Assembly (NCBI GenBank): GCA_030324005.1
Contig: JARDVH010000084.1
Location: 49,072,552-49,136,551 of the forward strand
Reading direction: 5' to 3'
DNA: 64,000 nt
From: Negaprion brevirostris
Lineage: Eukaryota
This document shows, piece after piece, positions 37,601 through 50,999 of this stretch. A program made the translations under genes and the position numbers. Positions within the stretch are counted from its first letter, which is position 1. Each line of letters starts with the position of its first letter. The notes under the pieces are model-generated. The model was not told where the DNA came from. It saw only the letters and a list, made by a program, of their open reading frames with translations, and made no database searches.

Positions 37601-39742
37601 TCGCATCCGCGCAAGTTTCGTTTAACAAAAATCATAAATCACTTGAACCTCACGGTTGACCGCAGGATGACTCAAAAGTTACAACTGCAGATAAGTACGA
37701 ATCAGTAAAAGTTACAAACAACAAAGGGTCAGTGTTGGAATGAGCCCCTGTTATGTCTCGTCACTTCGGAATGGTTATATCAGCAGGTTCCTGAGGCGGA
37801 CAGTGACTTTAGGAGTCGCCTTCGACTTTCCCAGGGGTATCAGTTAAATATAGAACTCACGCTCGTATTTCACTAACCACCCGCCATTTGCTAGTTTTGT
37901 GTAAACGTAACTCATAACCAGGGTCACAACTGCCTAACATCTTGTAACGTTTATAGAAGCAAGAGACAAAACATTTTTAGATCAGTTTCAATTTCCTTGT
38001 AAAAGGATTACTGAGGGAGATTCAATTTAGGGACTGGATCTGGTGTTGTTAAGTTGCCCTTCAAGTGAAGTTGGGGAGGGAGAGTGAATATTTCTTTCAT
38101 CGTGCCAAACGATTATTAAATATATGTATGTGTTGAGACCACAGCCCGACAAGCAAGACGGCTTGCTTCATTTGTTGTATTTATACTGAGGTATAAATGT
38201 TTACACACAGTAAAATAATATTTACAACTACAGAAAAAAACACGCGTCCAAGCAAATGTTACTCTCAAGTTGGACGGGGTCTGACATTTCGCAATACTCT
38301 TTAAGCACAGAGTGTGAAGTAAATAAGGAAACTCAACACCGGGCAGCGACACTTGAAGCCGCGACACATAGATAAACAGTCAGGGGAGAAAGGGTGGTGA
38401 TCTAAAATCAACCTCGTCGCCCGAGATCATTTACAAAGTATTAAAACGGAAAACGATCTGCGGACGTTCTCCACTCAACCCCCTCCCAACTCTTCACTAG
38501 GTTTTAGACCAAGCTCTTCAAGCTCTGAACTGTCTCAGAGATTCGGATCTGTTTCCAAGAATTAAAAAGTTAGATGAAGGTGGTGCATTTTATTTACTAG
38601 AGTTTGCAATACACAAAATGGGGGGAAAAAAGTTGCACCCGATGTATTCTCAATTTTCCCACAATAAAGTGCTCAGCCCCACAACAGGCCCGGTTAGGTT
38701 CAGAATTGAGATAACTGGTGGGTTAGAGTTTCCCGATTTACGTCAAGTGGGGTTGTTTAATATTAATTTGAATATTCGTTCGGACGGCTGCCAAACACGT
38801 CTGCCACTGGGGCACACAAGAAAATGACAAGACTGAGAATGGAGTTCAATGTTCCCAGAACACCTGGAGTCTTCAGTAGCGAAGCAGTAACCATCGCCTC
38901 TTCATTCCCATTCCCCTTTTTATAACTGGCATGCATTATTACCCCTGTTGTCATTACTATTCCTGGAATTAAATTGTTCAGGTAACCTGCGGGACAATCG
39001 ATGCCGGATTCCTGATGCATCAGTGCGCCCTGTTTTTATTTCAACGATTATATAAATGAGATCATTTTATTTTTTATTTAAAAAATCTTAATTTATAAAT
39101 CCAGATACGGGTTCTTTTTAAATCTGCTCGAACAAACCTTTTGGACGATTTTAAAGCGTTTGGCTTTAGTAATTTGCTCGATTTCATATAAGCAGCATGA
39201 ATTTCCCAAAAGAAAAAAGCGACTGTGTGCACACAGAAACACCAAATATATAATTTAGGACAAAGCATCACACTTGTTTGATACGACTATACCGTACAAT
39301 CTTTTTAAAATGGTGACATATTCTAAATAATATATTTTGCTTCGCCACTAAAACGGAATTGAAACAGATTTGAGTCGAACCCATTTCAATTTGCTCTGGC
39401 GAACCCTTCTTCCATGAAGTTAAACAGTAGTTGCTGTCAGCTCGGATTTCACAACTAATGCCTTCAGCAAAATGTTTACTGATTAAATAGCTTTTAATTT
39501 TAAAAGAAAGCCGCAATGACCTCAATGGCGTCACTTCAGAGATTTTATTTCTGGTAATCTGCTGAGCTTGCCATGTTTTGTATCTTTCTGAGGATGCTAT
39601 CCAATGACAGTGTATTTTAATATCCCAATCTGAAACCTTAAACATTTAATATAATCACGACTGAAAAAAACTCTAAATTTGCAAGGTCAAGAGCGTTTTT
39701 TTTGGAAATGAACGAGGACAGAAACGTTTGCAATTTGTAAAA

Positions 39743-39748
39743 TTTATT
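39743..39748 (-). terminator. Probable FOXD3 polyadenylation signal AATAAA
   Basis: TTTATT on the + strand, ~470 nt past the FOXD3 stop, at the end of an AU-rich 3' UTR. Confidence 0.6.
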
Positions 39749-40215
39749 TACAAAGTTGTTTAATTCCCATTGTACAACACGACGGTAGCGCTACATAGAA
39801 TACATATATTTAATTCATATAAAGGGCTTTAAGCTTTTGCAGTCGTATACAATATTGACATTTTTTCTCCTGTTGTATTAATTCTTTAGAATGATTCAGT
39901 CTTCCTTAATATCTATACATGTTCGTCAATAAGCTACTGGCAATGAACCTTTCAAAAAGACATTAAGTGTGAAAGCCCAGAGCTCTATACTACAACTGTG
40001 AAACAGTCTAATTAAAAAATAAAACTCAAATACTATGAACCGATAGGTTCTTTATACAAATATTTACAAACGTATTTACCTGTACAGAAAGCATTCCTTT
40101 TTTATATATAACATAGGATTTTAGTCTATATTTCGCAGTCAAGTTCAGTGCGACCCACTACCACAGGAGAAAAAAAAGGGATATGGTGAGTGAGCAGTTG
40201 GAAGTGGAGGAGGTA

Positions 40216-41349
40216 TTAAGATGGCCATTTGGTCACTGCGGCGGCCGAAGCTGCTGACTGTAAGAATTGTCCGGAGATTATGTTCGTGGGGACACTGAGG
40301 ATGGGGGTAATCGCAGCTGTGCTTCTAGCTAAAGACAAGGGCTGAGGACTGATGAGAGCTGACTGGACGGTGACTGGCGGCCGCAGGAAAGTTTGTGAGC
40401 TGCCTGATGTGCTAGTCACCCCGATGATATTCTCGATGCTGAAGGAAGGTCTGCTGGTGGGCTCCGTTTTCACGATGGACGTGGAGCTCAAACTGCTGAG
40501 TTGCAGCTGGAGGCTGGGGCTGAGCTGCGAATTGAAAGCTTTCCTGTTGAGTTCACTGGACGGGATGAGTGGGACGACCGGGGGTAGCATGGGACCCACA
40601 GGAGGGATGTAGGGATACTGAAGAGTTGAGGGATGAGGGTAGGTGGCGGGATGCAGCGCATAGGGCCGCCCGTAAGGACCGCTTAGGCTGTAAGCTCCAA
40701 AGCTCTGCATCATGAGGGCAGTCTGCTCCCTCAGATGGTCCGCAGGTTGCCTCTTGAACCTTTTCCTCCGACGAAGAAAGCTCCCATTGTCAAACATATC
40801 TTCAGATTGTGGATCTAGGGTCCAATAGTTCCCTTTCCCCGGATTACCAGGCTCCCTGGGAATCTTCACAAAACAATCATTTAGGGACAAGTTGTGCCTG
40901 ATGGAGTTCTGCCAGGCGGGGAATTTCTCCCTATAGTAGGGAAAACGGTTACTGATGAACTCACAGATCCCACTAAGGGTTAACTTTTTCTGGGGACTTT
41001 GCAGGATAGACATGGTGATGAGAGCAATGTACGAATAAGGTGGTTTCACCAGACTGTTCTTGGGTTTTGAGGCGGCGTTGCCGCTCGAAGAACCACTTTC
41101 CTGAGTTTCAGATTTCGTTACTTCTCCCTCCGAGGAAGGCTGGCAGACAGCGGATGGGCTCTCCGCAATCTCCCTGGCCCCGATCTCCTCCACCTCCTCT
41201 GCCTGATCGTGGGTGGCGTGGCTCTCAGAGTCGCTGTCCTTTCCCATGTTCTCGTCTCCTTCTCCCACCACATCAATATCGACATCCTCGGCTGTGAGGA
41301 CCGTGTGCCCTGACATATCGCTCGCACTGCCGTTGCCTGACAGGGTCAT
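40216..41349 (-). CDS. FOXD3: Forkhead box protein D3, single exon, 377 aa
   Basis: N-terminus MTLSG...[22 protein letters not shown]; forkhead domain [12 protein letters not shown]...[15 protein letters not shown] (~41046-40750); eh1 motif FSIENII (40443-40423); adjacent to ALG6 as in other vertebrates. Confidence 0.98.
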   Translation of the reverse strand: MTLSGNGSASDMSGHTVLTAEDVDIDVVGEGDENMGKDSDSESHATHDQAEEVEEIGAREIAESPSAVCQPSSEGEVTKSETQESGSSSGNAASKPKNSLVKPPYSYIALITMSILQSPQKKLTLSGICEFISNRFPYYREKFPAWQNSIRHNLSLNDCFVKIPREPGNPGKGNYWTLDPQSEDMFDNGSFLRRRKRFKRQPADHLREQTALMMQSFGAYSLSGPYGRPYALHPATYPHPSTLQYPYIPPVGPMLPPVVPLIPSSELNRKAFNSQLSPSLQLQLSSLSSTSIVKTEPTSRPSFSIENIIGVTSTSGSSQTFLRPPVTVQSALISPQPLSLARSTAAITPILSVPTNIISGQFLQSAASAAAVTKWPS

Positions 41350-41415
41350 CACGCTTTCCCTTTTACAAATCAGCAAAAAAAAAGGTGAGAACTCGGCTTC
41401 TTTTCTGGTGAAACT

Positions 41416-41431
41416 TCTCTCTCTCTCTCTC
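41416..41431. repeat. (CT)n microsatellite in the FOXD3 5' UTR region
   Basis: ctctctctctctctct. Confidence 0.8.
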
Positions 41432-41659
41432 TAGTCCCTCTCCTGTCTCTCGTCTCTCGCACACACACTGTCTCAGCTGGCAGTCTCTTGCAGATCAGAT
41501 GACAACGCTTTTTTTAATACAGGTCAAAGGGCTGTCAATAATAGTTACCTTTAACTTTTTGACAGCCTATTTCAACTTGCACATTGCAACTTATTCACTT
41601 TTTCCTGTATTTCCTCTCAATGTTTTTTTAAAACGCTTTCAGACATGCAGCTCTTTAGC

Positions 41660-42140
41660 TTTTTATGCCTCCTTTATATATATAAAAAGACTGTCTGAAG
41701 ATTGTTTCAGTTAAAGATATACTCTCAGCTTTGTCACGTGAGGGACTAACGTCAGACTTCCCTCTGTTAAGCCATGCAAAACTCGAGTTATTTCATGTAA
41801 TCGTCAACATAGATCCGGCCAAGACAACAGTAGCACCACTCATTCCTACAAGCACCATTTCATCAAGATGCTCAAAGCATTCTTTGTCAATAAACTTGGT
41901 AGCAGAACAGAGCAAGAAGAGGCCTCAAATTATTTAATTGGGCGCATTTTTTACAGTTGCACTTTTTTGGCAAAATGCACAACTATGTTAGGATGTTTGT
42001 TTATTAATTTTCCATTATTTCAAGGGCAGTTCCCCCTCCCAATCAGGCTATGAATATAACTGTTTTGATTAGTTATTAAAACAGCCGTATTAATGAACGT
42101 GACACTATTTAGTTTAGTAAATGTTGTGTAGATTGGCGTG
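41660..42140 (-). promoter_or_regulatory. FOXD3 proximal promoter
   Basis: TATAAA on the minus strand at 41673-78, E-box CACGTG at 41735-40, forkhead-like sites, and CCAAT boxes near 41937, 42039 and 42132. Confidence 0.55.
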
Positions 42141-43635
42141 ACATTTGCTGTCTTTAGGAAGACAATGATCACTTTAATTTTCTTACCATTGTCTTTTTTG
42201 ACTTCACATTGACTTACAGTCAGGTATCAGGATCTAAGCGACATTTTTTTGTTAGAATGGCGATTTATAACTACATTGGATCGGTTGCCGCACATACAGC
42301 AAAACGGCTATTGATTAATCTGTTAGATTTAGAAAAGAAGGAACNNNNNNNNNNNNNNNNNNNNNNNCAGGGGGAGCAGAAAGATATGTGATAACAAAAG
42401 GATAGCTACAAATAAAGAACTTAGAACCAGGATGTGCAGAGGTGTTAACGAGCTAATCATCCCGACGTGTTAGCATATGAAAAACTAGGAAATGGGAGAG
42501 AGTGGGTGAATGGGAACGAGCCATTCACAGCACTGAAGGTAAGCGTTTGTCTCAATCCCGTTCTCAGGAAAGACGATTTTTGAACCTGCAGCGTCGAAAC
42601 TACTTTCCCAAATAAGTTTAACAGGAACTGACAACCGTCCTTTAAACAAAAGGCTAATTTCAACGCAATAATTCCTTCCTCAAAACAACACCTCGATGAA
42701 AATCTAGTGTCTTACTCTTTCTTTGGAAACACAGAAGTTTTCGCCTGTGAATATTAGGTTTAATTTATGTTTTTTTTTGTTTTGATCTGAGGTTGAAATC
42801 GAATTGATTTGTTTCCCAATTCCTCCTACTCAAATCAAAATATCTTTAAGTGACAAAAGAATCAATTATTCTTTCCACCCTCCTATTAAGACTAACAAAA
42901 CCATGTGAATGGGTTTACGACATGTTTTCGATGGGAGGAATGAATAACCATTTAAACCTGACAGGGTTTCCCTGTGACAGAAAATAATATTATAAAGCCC
43001 TGAGCGATTTCCCCACAGATCAAGCAACTGCTTGTCTCCATTTTAAAGGTGCATTTTTCTGGCACTAGAATTTCACTTCGTTTTTGACACGGTTACCATT
43101 CTGTGTTACAATTTTATTTTACTTAAAGCGGGTTGCTGAACTGTCAACGTTGCGGCGTTTCAGTGCAAACGAAACGATAACATTTTGTAACGGCATCTGC
43201 CCTTATTTTTGTAGAAATTAGATACTATTTGCTTCAATTAATAAACTGCAATTAAGATGTATAGCTTAGTGTGTTTTTAACAAGTGCCGAATCCAAGCGA
43301 ATTAAGATATGTTAAACAATGATTGAGGACAGGAAAGATTGAANNNNNNNNNNNNNNNNNNNNNNNNNNNNNNNNNNNNNNNNNNNNNNNNNNNNGGACT
43401 TTGATTGTGTGCTTGTAAATTGGCTGTAAGTGACTGTTTGTTGGTTGCTGTTTCCATTTGTATAAGTGCGGGTGAGCATCTCCGTTCACAAACCACTTTG
43501 TTTTCTCGTTTGTTTACTTCTTCGAGGTCCGACTGCCACAATCAAAACTTTTTTAAAAAAAAAGACAACAAATGATTCAAACAAACTCTTAATACAATCT
43601 GATTTTCGCCATTATAGACAAGCAAGTCTCCTGGA

Positions 43636-43643
<8 letters not shown>

Positions 43644-43671
<28 letters not shown>
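43644..43671. repeat. (TG)n microsatellite
   Basis: About 14 TG units. Confidence 0.95.
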
Positions 43672-46600
43672 ATTTAAACATTTCCCGTTCTTATTCGTTA
43701 TAATGATACGATCAACTTTCTATGTCACATTTGACCAAAATCGTGCACATTCGGCCGCTGAAAACGATGGGCTTTTAACTGTTGAGGCAGAATACTGATT
43801 TTAGTGTAACAGGGGGTTCTATAACCACTCTGTAAACGGGCTACGTTGGTAGGCTAACCATCTTTGCCGCAATTCGCCACACAAAGTGTCATTTTTTTCA
43901 TGTTTCTTTCTCTGTATGCCGCCTTCCTGTTTGAATGTGGGGTTCAAAAAAGTTCCACAATAAAACGATGATAGTGCCTTTGTCTGATTTCCAGATGAAT
44001 TAAATGTTCCCAGAGCCTTGAATGCAGCTGCAAAATAAGATAGTGATTTCATTTCTGAGTACTATTTGATTTTTTTTGAAAGACTCTTACATGCGACCAT
44101 CTGCGCAGTAGCTTTCAATTGCGATCATCCTCCTGGTCGGAAGAACATGGTTAAGAGGGAGTATAAAATGCCGTCTTTGTTCCAAAAACATCATCCTATT
44201 TATTTCTGATGATCTTCTTAACTCTCAGTGGAGTTGGGCGGGGAAATAAAGAAAAACAACCACAGATCGCAGGTCCCTTTGATGCGTATTTCTTAAACAC
44301 AATAAAAGTCAAATTAATTAAATCATACCATTAATTATGACCCTTAGCGTGAAAAGGATTGTTTCCCCTCGATTAGGGATGTATTGTGCTAATCCCCGTG
44401 TTGACACAGAGAACTGTCTGTTCTACAATCATTTCTATAGAAAGCCTTTCTAGGCCAATTTAGCAAATCTTAATTAGACATGTTTAGAGTGAAATAGTGA
44501 TTTGGATATCAGAGCGGTTCTTTCAATTCTACTCTGTCATTTCAAGAAATAACCCGGAATTTTACAATGACATGACCCAAGTTAGCACCAAAGACACACG
44601 TGGATTGAAACCACCGCGCCAATTCTCATTTGCGAAACGAAGCGGCAAAACCGATGAACTTTAAGCGTCAACTTACCACCCCCCCCGCCCCCCCTTCCTA
44701 CCCCCACCGCCACCCCCAGAAAGTTGGACCCGGCAAATAATAAATAAGATGCTCCCTTCTCCTCCCCAACTCGCAACGACCTGATTTCGATTTCACAGCG
44801 TCCATAATCTTATTTAATTTCAGGTCGCTAATGAGAAGCAGCAAAGCTCTGAGCGGAGCTGGGCGTCACAGATCCCTTTTAAAATAATAACAAGATCCTG
44901 AGCATATCTTCCTAATAGGAACCGGCACCTAATCCAGTCAAGATGGTGTAGAGAGATGGAAGAAGGGGCAGAAGAATGGAATGAAGAGCGATGTGAAAAG
45001 CCTTTATCCATAAAAAAAAAGGAATGCAGACAAAAACGTCGGGAAATTTTAAAAAGGGAGCTCATATAAATTAACGGAAATAATATGAGCCATATGAAGG
45101 GAAGGAATATTATTATTGCAGTAATTTATTTTCGNNNNNNNNNNNNNNNNNNCATACGCTGTCTTTTGAATTGAACTAAAATACACTTGTCCGCCTTTTA
45201 CTAATACCCCAGTTAAATAGAGCCAAGATTTGGACCCATCTGACGGGATTGCGATCAGATGTCAGCCGAACACGGCATCCCTAAGGCTGTGGTTGTCAGG
45301 GTCTAATCGCTTTACACACAACACGGGAATGGTATCAAAGACGTCCTATTTCCACCTTAAACCCTATTAGCCTCTCCCGGTGAATTATGTAAAATTTCGA
45401 CCTTACACTTGGATTATTAAAGGAGAAATCCCATTATGCTGCACGCGGCAGCAAGAGGGGAGGTGAGTTGAGGGGAAATATTCTTCCAGCCTACAATATG
45501 TGGCCTGCCAGCAAACTTCGACTACACAACAAGGTGCAATACTGACGAACAAAATGTGTCTTGCGTTCAGGTGATGGGATTACAGCCAGTCAACCAACTA
45601 TTGGAAATATTAACGGCGCTAATATCACCCACACAAACAGCTGGGAAAGAGCAGAGTCTTACCTGTGGCATTCTCCTCTCACACTCCTCGCGTATCCAGT
45701 AAAATCAACACATTTACTAGCCGTCTAACTGAAACCAGTGACAGCATCAAAGCTTTTTGGCCAACTATCTGAATCACAATAATCCCCCGTCCTATTAATA
45801 TCACTTTCACTCATTTTTCGACACTGTTCAGAGAGCGGTGGCAAATTTAATTGGCTTCTTTAAAAATTATAATATATATATAACATAAATACCAAATTCC
45901 AGCTAACAGGAGGTGTTTGTATTGTAATTTTTCACGACATGTTGGGATAAATTGATTCAAGTATCTTGGCAACAATATTGCAGAACGCTGTCTTTATTAT
46001 TTATCTCTTTCTCAAGGCAGTAAAATTGCTTGCATTTATTTAAATCTCCAATTAACTATAATAAGACGAGGGAAATGGCAAAACAGAATATTTCATCTAT
46101 ATGTCCGCTGTAACTTAACCAATTAAGACGATGAAGGGGAGGGGGCAAAAACTGCGGGTGATAATGGATAGGAAAAAGTAAGTAGGATAACTCCAATTTA
46201 TACAAATCAAACAGTGCTTAATAAAAAGGCAACTCGTTTAATTAAAGGTTCAAAGAATTCGGATCCAGCATTTGGACAGCGTTTAGAATGCGAATGAAAT
46301 TCGTGATGAATTAATGGCATTGTTGGCGTGCTCTTAATTATAGTTATTATGTTAATTATTTTACATTAGCATGAAGTTATCAGCATGTCAGGTTTAATCA
46401 AAATGCAGCGTTCTGCAGAAAACTGTTCTTTTATTCTGCGATGTGAAAATCTACACCATGCGGGTTTATTGTTTAAAGGTATAAAAAATGACTTTTTATT
46501 GAAAGAAATGTTTAATTTGGTTTCGTACGGTCTGGTCACATGTAGCCCGCAGGCTCCAGCTCCTAAAAGGGCTGGATTCGCTATTATCACCCCCTTTAGG

Positions 46601-49577
46601 AACCTACTCCATCAACGTGTAACTCTCTGTCAAACAACATGAAGTTGCTCATTTTTATCTGTTGATATTTTTTTGCAAATCCGACGGCGGGCAGCCCTGC
46701 TTTCACAAGCAGGGAGAGGTGGTCGGAACAAAAGAGATATTCAATGGCACTGTCAGTGTGTTCTCAAGGTTTGCTCACAAAGCGTCAGGGCGAATTTTAA
46801 TATCCAGACATGACTCCTGTATTGAGCACCTATAATTAAGAAGGGGGAAAATATCGACAAACATAAAGCAATTTATAATTTAAAAAGTCTAAATATCATT
46901 GCTGCAGTCACTTGCACGTTTACACACTCAGATCAGTTTTTGTATACTAATAAACCTTGATCCATCGTTTTAATGACATCGAAATCCATGTTACCTCTCC
47001 CGCAGTACCTGTCGACATTTACGATTTTAACCAGCAAAGTGTATCATAATCAATATAAAATATAAAATGGCCTCTCTTTTAAATTGTACACTACCTTCAC
47101 GCGGATTCCCAGTGTGTGATCATTTAGTTTTATTTGTTGCTAACTTGCCACCGTTTGAACTCCGGAGGTGTCAGTGAGTAAGAGACGAGAGATCAGTGAA
47201 GGCGGCCAGACCTCCAGAAAAGGGTTCACCACTGAGACCTGACACAAGCAGAATTAACCGATATTGCCGAGATTGGATGCCGAGAAAATAGCGATCGCAT
47301 TCTACAGCTTGTACTATGGAGATTTTTATCTTAAGATTCTTTTGCCAGTTATTTCTCCAATTGTAGCTTGTATCTTTGATTTTTTTTGCACCTTGGCAGT
47401 GAAGTCCCAAGTTCAAATTGTTCTTTGCACTAAAATTCAACCCTGCGAATTACACCTGCTCTTCAACTTTATTTCCAGAAGTTTATTATGAGCCCTCTTC
47501 CTTGGGTTTGAAAAATACATTTTCTCCCATTTGAAATAACACTTCTCAGATCATCTGAAGACCAGGTGAAAGTCATCGCTTTATTTGACAATTACTTCTT
47601 CTTAATAAGGGGAAGTAACAGATTTTGGCGTTGGGAGGGGGGGGGGGGGGGAATGCGGCGGAGGAGGACCGGCACTTTTCCTGTACACTTTTTATCTATG
47701 AACTGTTTTATTGCAGTGTAAGATGGCTCAGTGGAAATTGAACCATTTCATCTCAAAATACATCAAACTTTTTTTTGAATGGACGGTTCTCACCTACAAA
47801 TACATGGGCTCGGTATAACGCTTATGTGGAAAGTTTCAAGAAAGGAGGAAGGAAATATCTTGTTTCTGATAATGCCAATTTCATTAAAATATACATGATG
47901 CGAACTAAAGGTTCACATTCGGTCAGCAATAATGATGAAATAGTAAAGACAGCACACTGGAAACGACTCGCATCTCGTCGATGTATTTGCAGTCTGGTGT
48001 ATCATTGTCCATATGTTTCCCGCATATATTATGGTAATTTTATGTTCTTTTTTTCTTAGACATTTTGTTGTAACTGAAGATAAGACACGTTCACGGAAAT
48101 ATTGACGGGAACTTTGTGTGTATGTGTTTGTGTGTGTTTTTTTTAGCTCTGCCTCCCTGAACTGCCGAAACAGTAGATATCAAAGGCGAGATCATCATTG
48201 GGTCAAGAGGCCCCAGGAACAGCAGAGTGATCGAACCGGCTTTGAACCAATGGTCCGGTTTTATTGGCTGGTTCTGGCAGGATTCCGAGATGGCGAGGAG
48301 TTCCACTGTCCAGTCTCGCCGCTGTCTCTCCAGGCACACAGAGCACCTGCGCATCGGCTAAATTGCTATACTCGGCCACCTCCTTTTGCCGGTGAAGTTT
48401 GTAACTTCCCAACAACACAAGAAATGATGTCTTTCCTGTCAGCTATTTCAGAAATGTGAACTAATTCAGAAGTTCCACCGCTCCTCAGCGAAGGCACTTT
48501 CTAAATGTACTGGTTCACGCAACTCCACTTGGACTCAGCGCTGACACTTCTCCATGTCTTGAACGACCCACTTATCCCAAACCTTTGCCTTTCCGTTTTA
48601 TATGAATCAAACAAGTTACAAAAAGAGATCTTTTCTCCTATAGGGCAATATTCATCCAAAGGACAGATCTGATCTTAAAAAAAACAACAGCGGGGTGCAT
48701 TGTATTTGCTTTTGTCTATTGTGTAGATTCGTTTTTAACATGTGACCGGTATGTTTACTGTTTAAACAATGTGTGTGTAGCCAAAACTGATTTAAATATA
48801 TTATGAAGCAGCTCTATAATACTGCATAAAAAGTGACGGACCTGTTCTAGATGGTATGGCATGCAACAGTGTCATTACAAAGTCCAGGGGCTGGGATGCC
48901 ATTCATTGACACGGTGAGACTGAGAAATTTACTTCTGTGCTACGACTTTTGATTTTTTGCACCATCCAAGGCATAATAGCCGGTAGATAATCATGTCACT
49001 TCTTAACTTCGTTGATCCACCGCCCTTCTGTAATTTTCAGGCACTTTAAAACCCAATATTGACATTAGAGAACCAATGCTTTTTCAATTATCTTTTCTGC
49101 TGTTTGTTTTAAATTTATTGCTTACCTACAGCACACAGACTGCAAGAAGATAGCTCAACGCCATTGGGATGGGTCATATAGGCTGCTCTTGACATCAACG
49201 CCTACATCACATGTACAAATAAAATATTAGTGTGCTGCATGAAGAATTCTGGCCCTACGTACACCTAGATGTCCACAAAAAAATAAATGGCTTATACCAT
49301 CTTGTGTGTCAACATATAGAGAGGGAGTAAGTGTGACAAGCATGCTTTTCGAGTCATAATGCAGTTATTGGTTTCAATGAAGAATACACATGTACATANN
49401 NNNNACTGAAGTGTCAGGGGCAGAAGTTTGACTCGCATCAGTATTTAAGTAGAAGATCTAGTTTGACACTTCAGTCCAGCACTGAGGTTCACTGCATTAC
49501 CCGAGCTGGCTTTTGGATGGAAGGTTAAACCAAGACTTCATCTGTCTCTTCTGGTGATTCCTGTGAATATTAAAGAT

Positions 49578-50414
49578 CACTTGGTGGTACAGAACTTGAG
49601 TATTGCTGAAAAAAAAGAGACAGGCTGTTGAATTTTTTGTCTTGCACTCATTAGAACAGATTGAAGAGTGCCAAAATTCAAATGGAACAACAATGTATAC
49701 TGCATGATAAAAGGGATGCTCACTGGTTGGCCAGCTAAGTTTTGGTTAGTTGATGCATCGCCATGGGAAATGCATCAGAGAATTATGTGGCTTACTTATA
49801 TTTTCTAGAAGCTGCATATAATCATACACTGAGATCAGTTCTCTGCGGGCAAAAAGGGCAGCTTTGTGGCACAGTTGTTAGCAATGCTGCCTCACAGTGC
49901 CAGGGACCAAAGTTCAACTCCTGCCTCGGGTCACTGTCTGTGTGGAGTTTGCACGTTCTCCCATGTCTCTGTGGGTTTTTTCTGGGTGTTCTAGTTTCTC
50001 CCACACTCCAATTATGTGCAGGTTAAGTTGATTGGCCCTGCAAAATTGCCCCTTAGTGTCAGGGGGATTAGCAGGGTAAGTACATGGGTTTACAAGGATA
50101 GGACCTGGGTGGGATTGTTGTTGGTGCAGGCTTGATGGGCCAAAAGGCATCCTTCTGCACCTTAGGGATTCTAAGATTCTAAGAATATGTCAAGGCATTG
50201 TACTTCATTTGAATTAAACAAATTCATGGTGGAATAATAGTTCCTGGTGCATTCTCTATGGAAACAGTTTTACCAACCAAAGTTGACTTGCCAACAAGTT
50301 AGTATTCTTTTCTCATGCAGTAGAAACTGTTCCTCCTTTGAAATCTGGCATTCTTGAATCTGTCCTGATGAGTGCAAGATGAAAATCTTCAATAGCCTGT
50401 CTCCTTTTCAGCAG
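49578..50414. mobile_element. Element with ~185-bp imperfect inverted arms bearing hammerhead-like motifs (Penelope-like)
   Basis: 49601-49786 is the approximate reverse complement of 50237-50416; flanked by the direct repeat TATTAAAGAT. Confidence 0.75.
49856..50184 (+). mobile_element. V-SINE, tail type B, nested between the inverted arms
   Basis: Same structure as 30547-30873. Confidence 0.85.
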
Positions 50415-50999
50415 TATTAAAGATTTTTGGAAACTTTCAACAAGAGCATGGTGATCAGGCCAGCATTTCTACACTTGCACAAAACAAATTAATGCATCAT
50501 TCATCCTGTTTACTATTTGTGGTACTTTGCTATGTGCAAGTTGGTGGCTTCATTTTCCTACATGACAACATTGACTACATTTCAAATGTTAATTCATAAG
50601 GAAGCAATTAAGGACCTATTATAGATGACAATAGGTTGCTATATAACCGTAGGTTCTTTCTTCCTAAATGTTGCACAGCAATTGGATTGAAATAGAAGTT
50701 TGACACATGAGCCTATCAACTCGCTGTGCCATTGAGCTTTATGATATAAGGTTCAATGTTTGCACAATATGACATCCGGTGGGTCCCAAGGTGATTTCTA
50801 ATTATATTGTTGATAAACAAAAACATGTGCCATTATCCCTCTACCCAGTTTACCGATGCACTATCAGTGTAATACCAATCCATTCATAGTTGACCTCATA
50901 TTTGATGATATGTCATAGTACATGCTGGTCCTGTCATATCCTCCATTCATTCCATAGATCAGCGAACATCCATGATGCATGATTTTACACATCTACTTT

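Noticed and set aside
41350-41376. N-terminal extension MLICKRESV of FOXD3 in the ORF track
   Set aside because: It starts at a non-ATG codon; the conserved start is the ATG at 41349 (MTLSG).
40352-41434. Plus-strand ORFs overlapping FOXD3
   Set aside because: Antisense shadows of a GC-rich coding exon, with no independent support.
48091-48459. Overlapping ORFs in a CpG-rich patch
   Set aside because: No recognisable protein similarity or splice context; more likely regulatory or non-coding.
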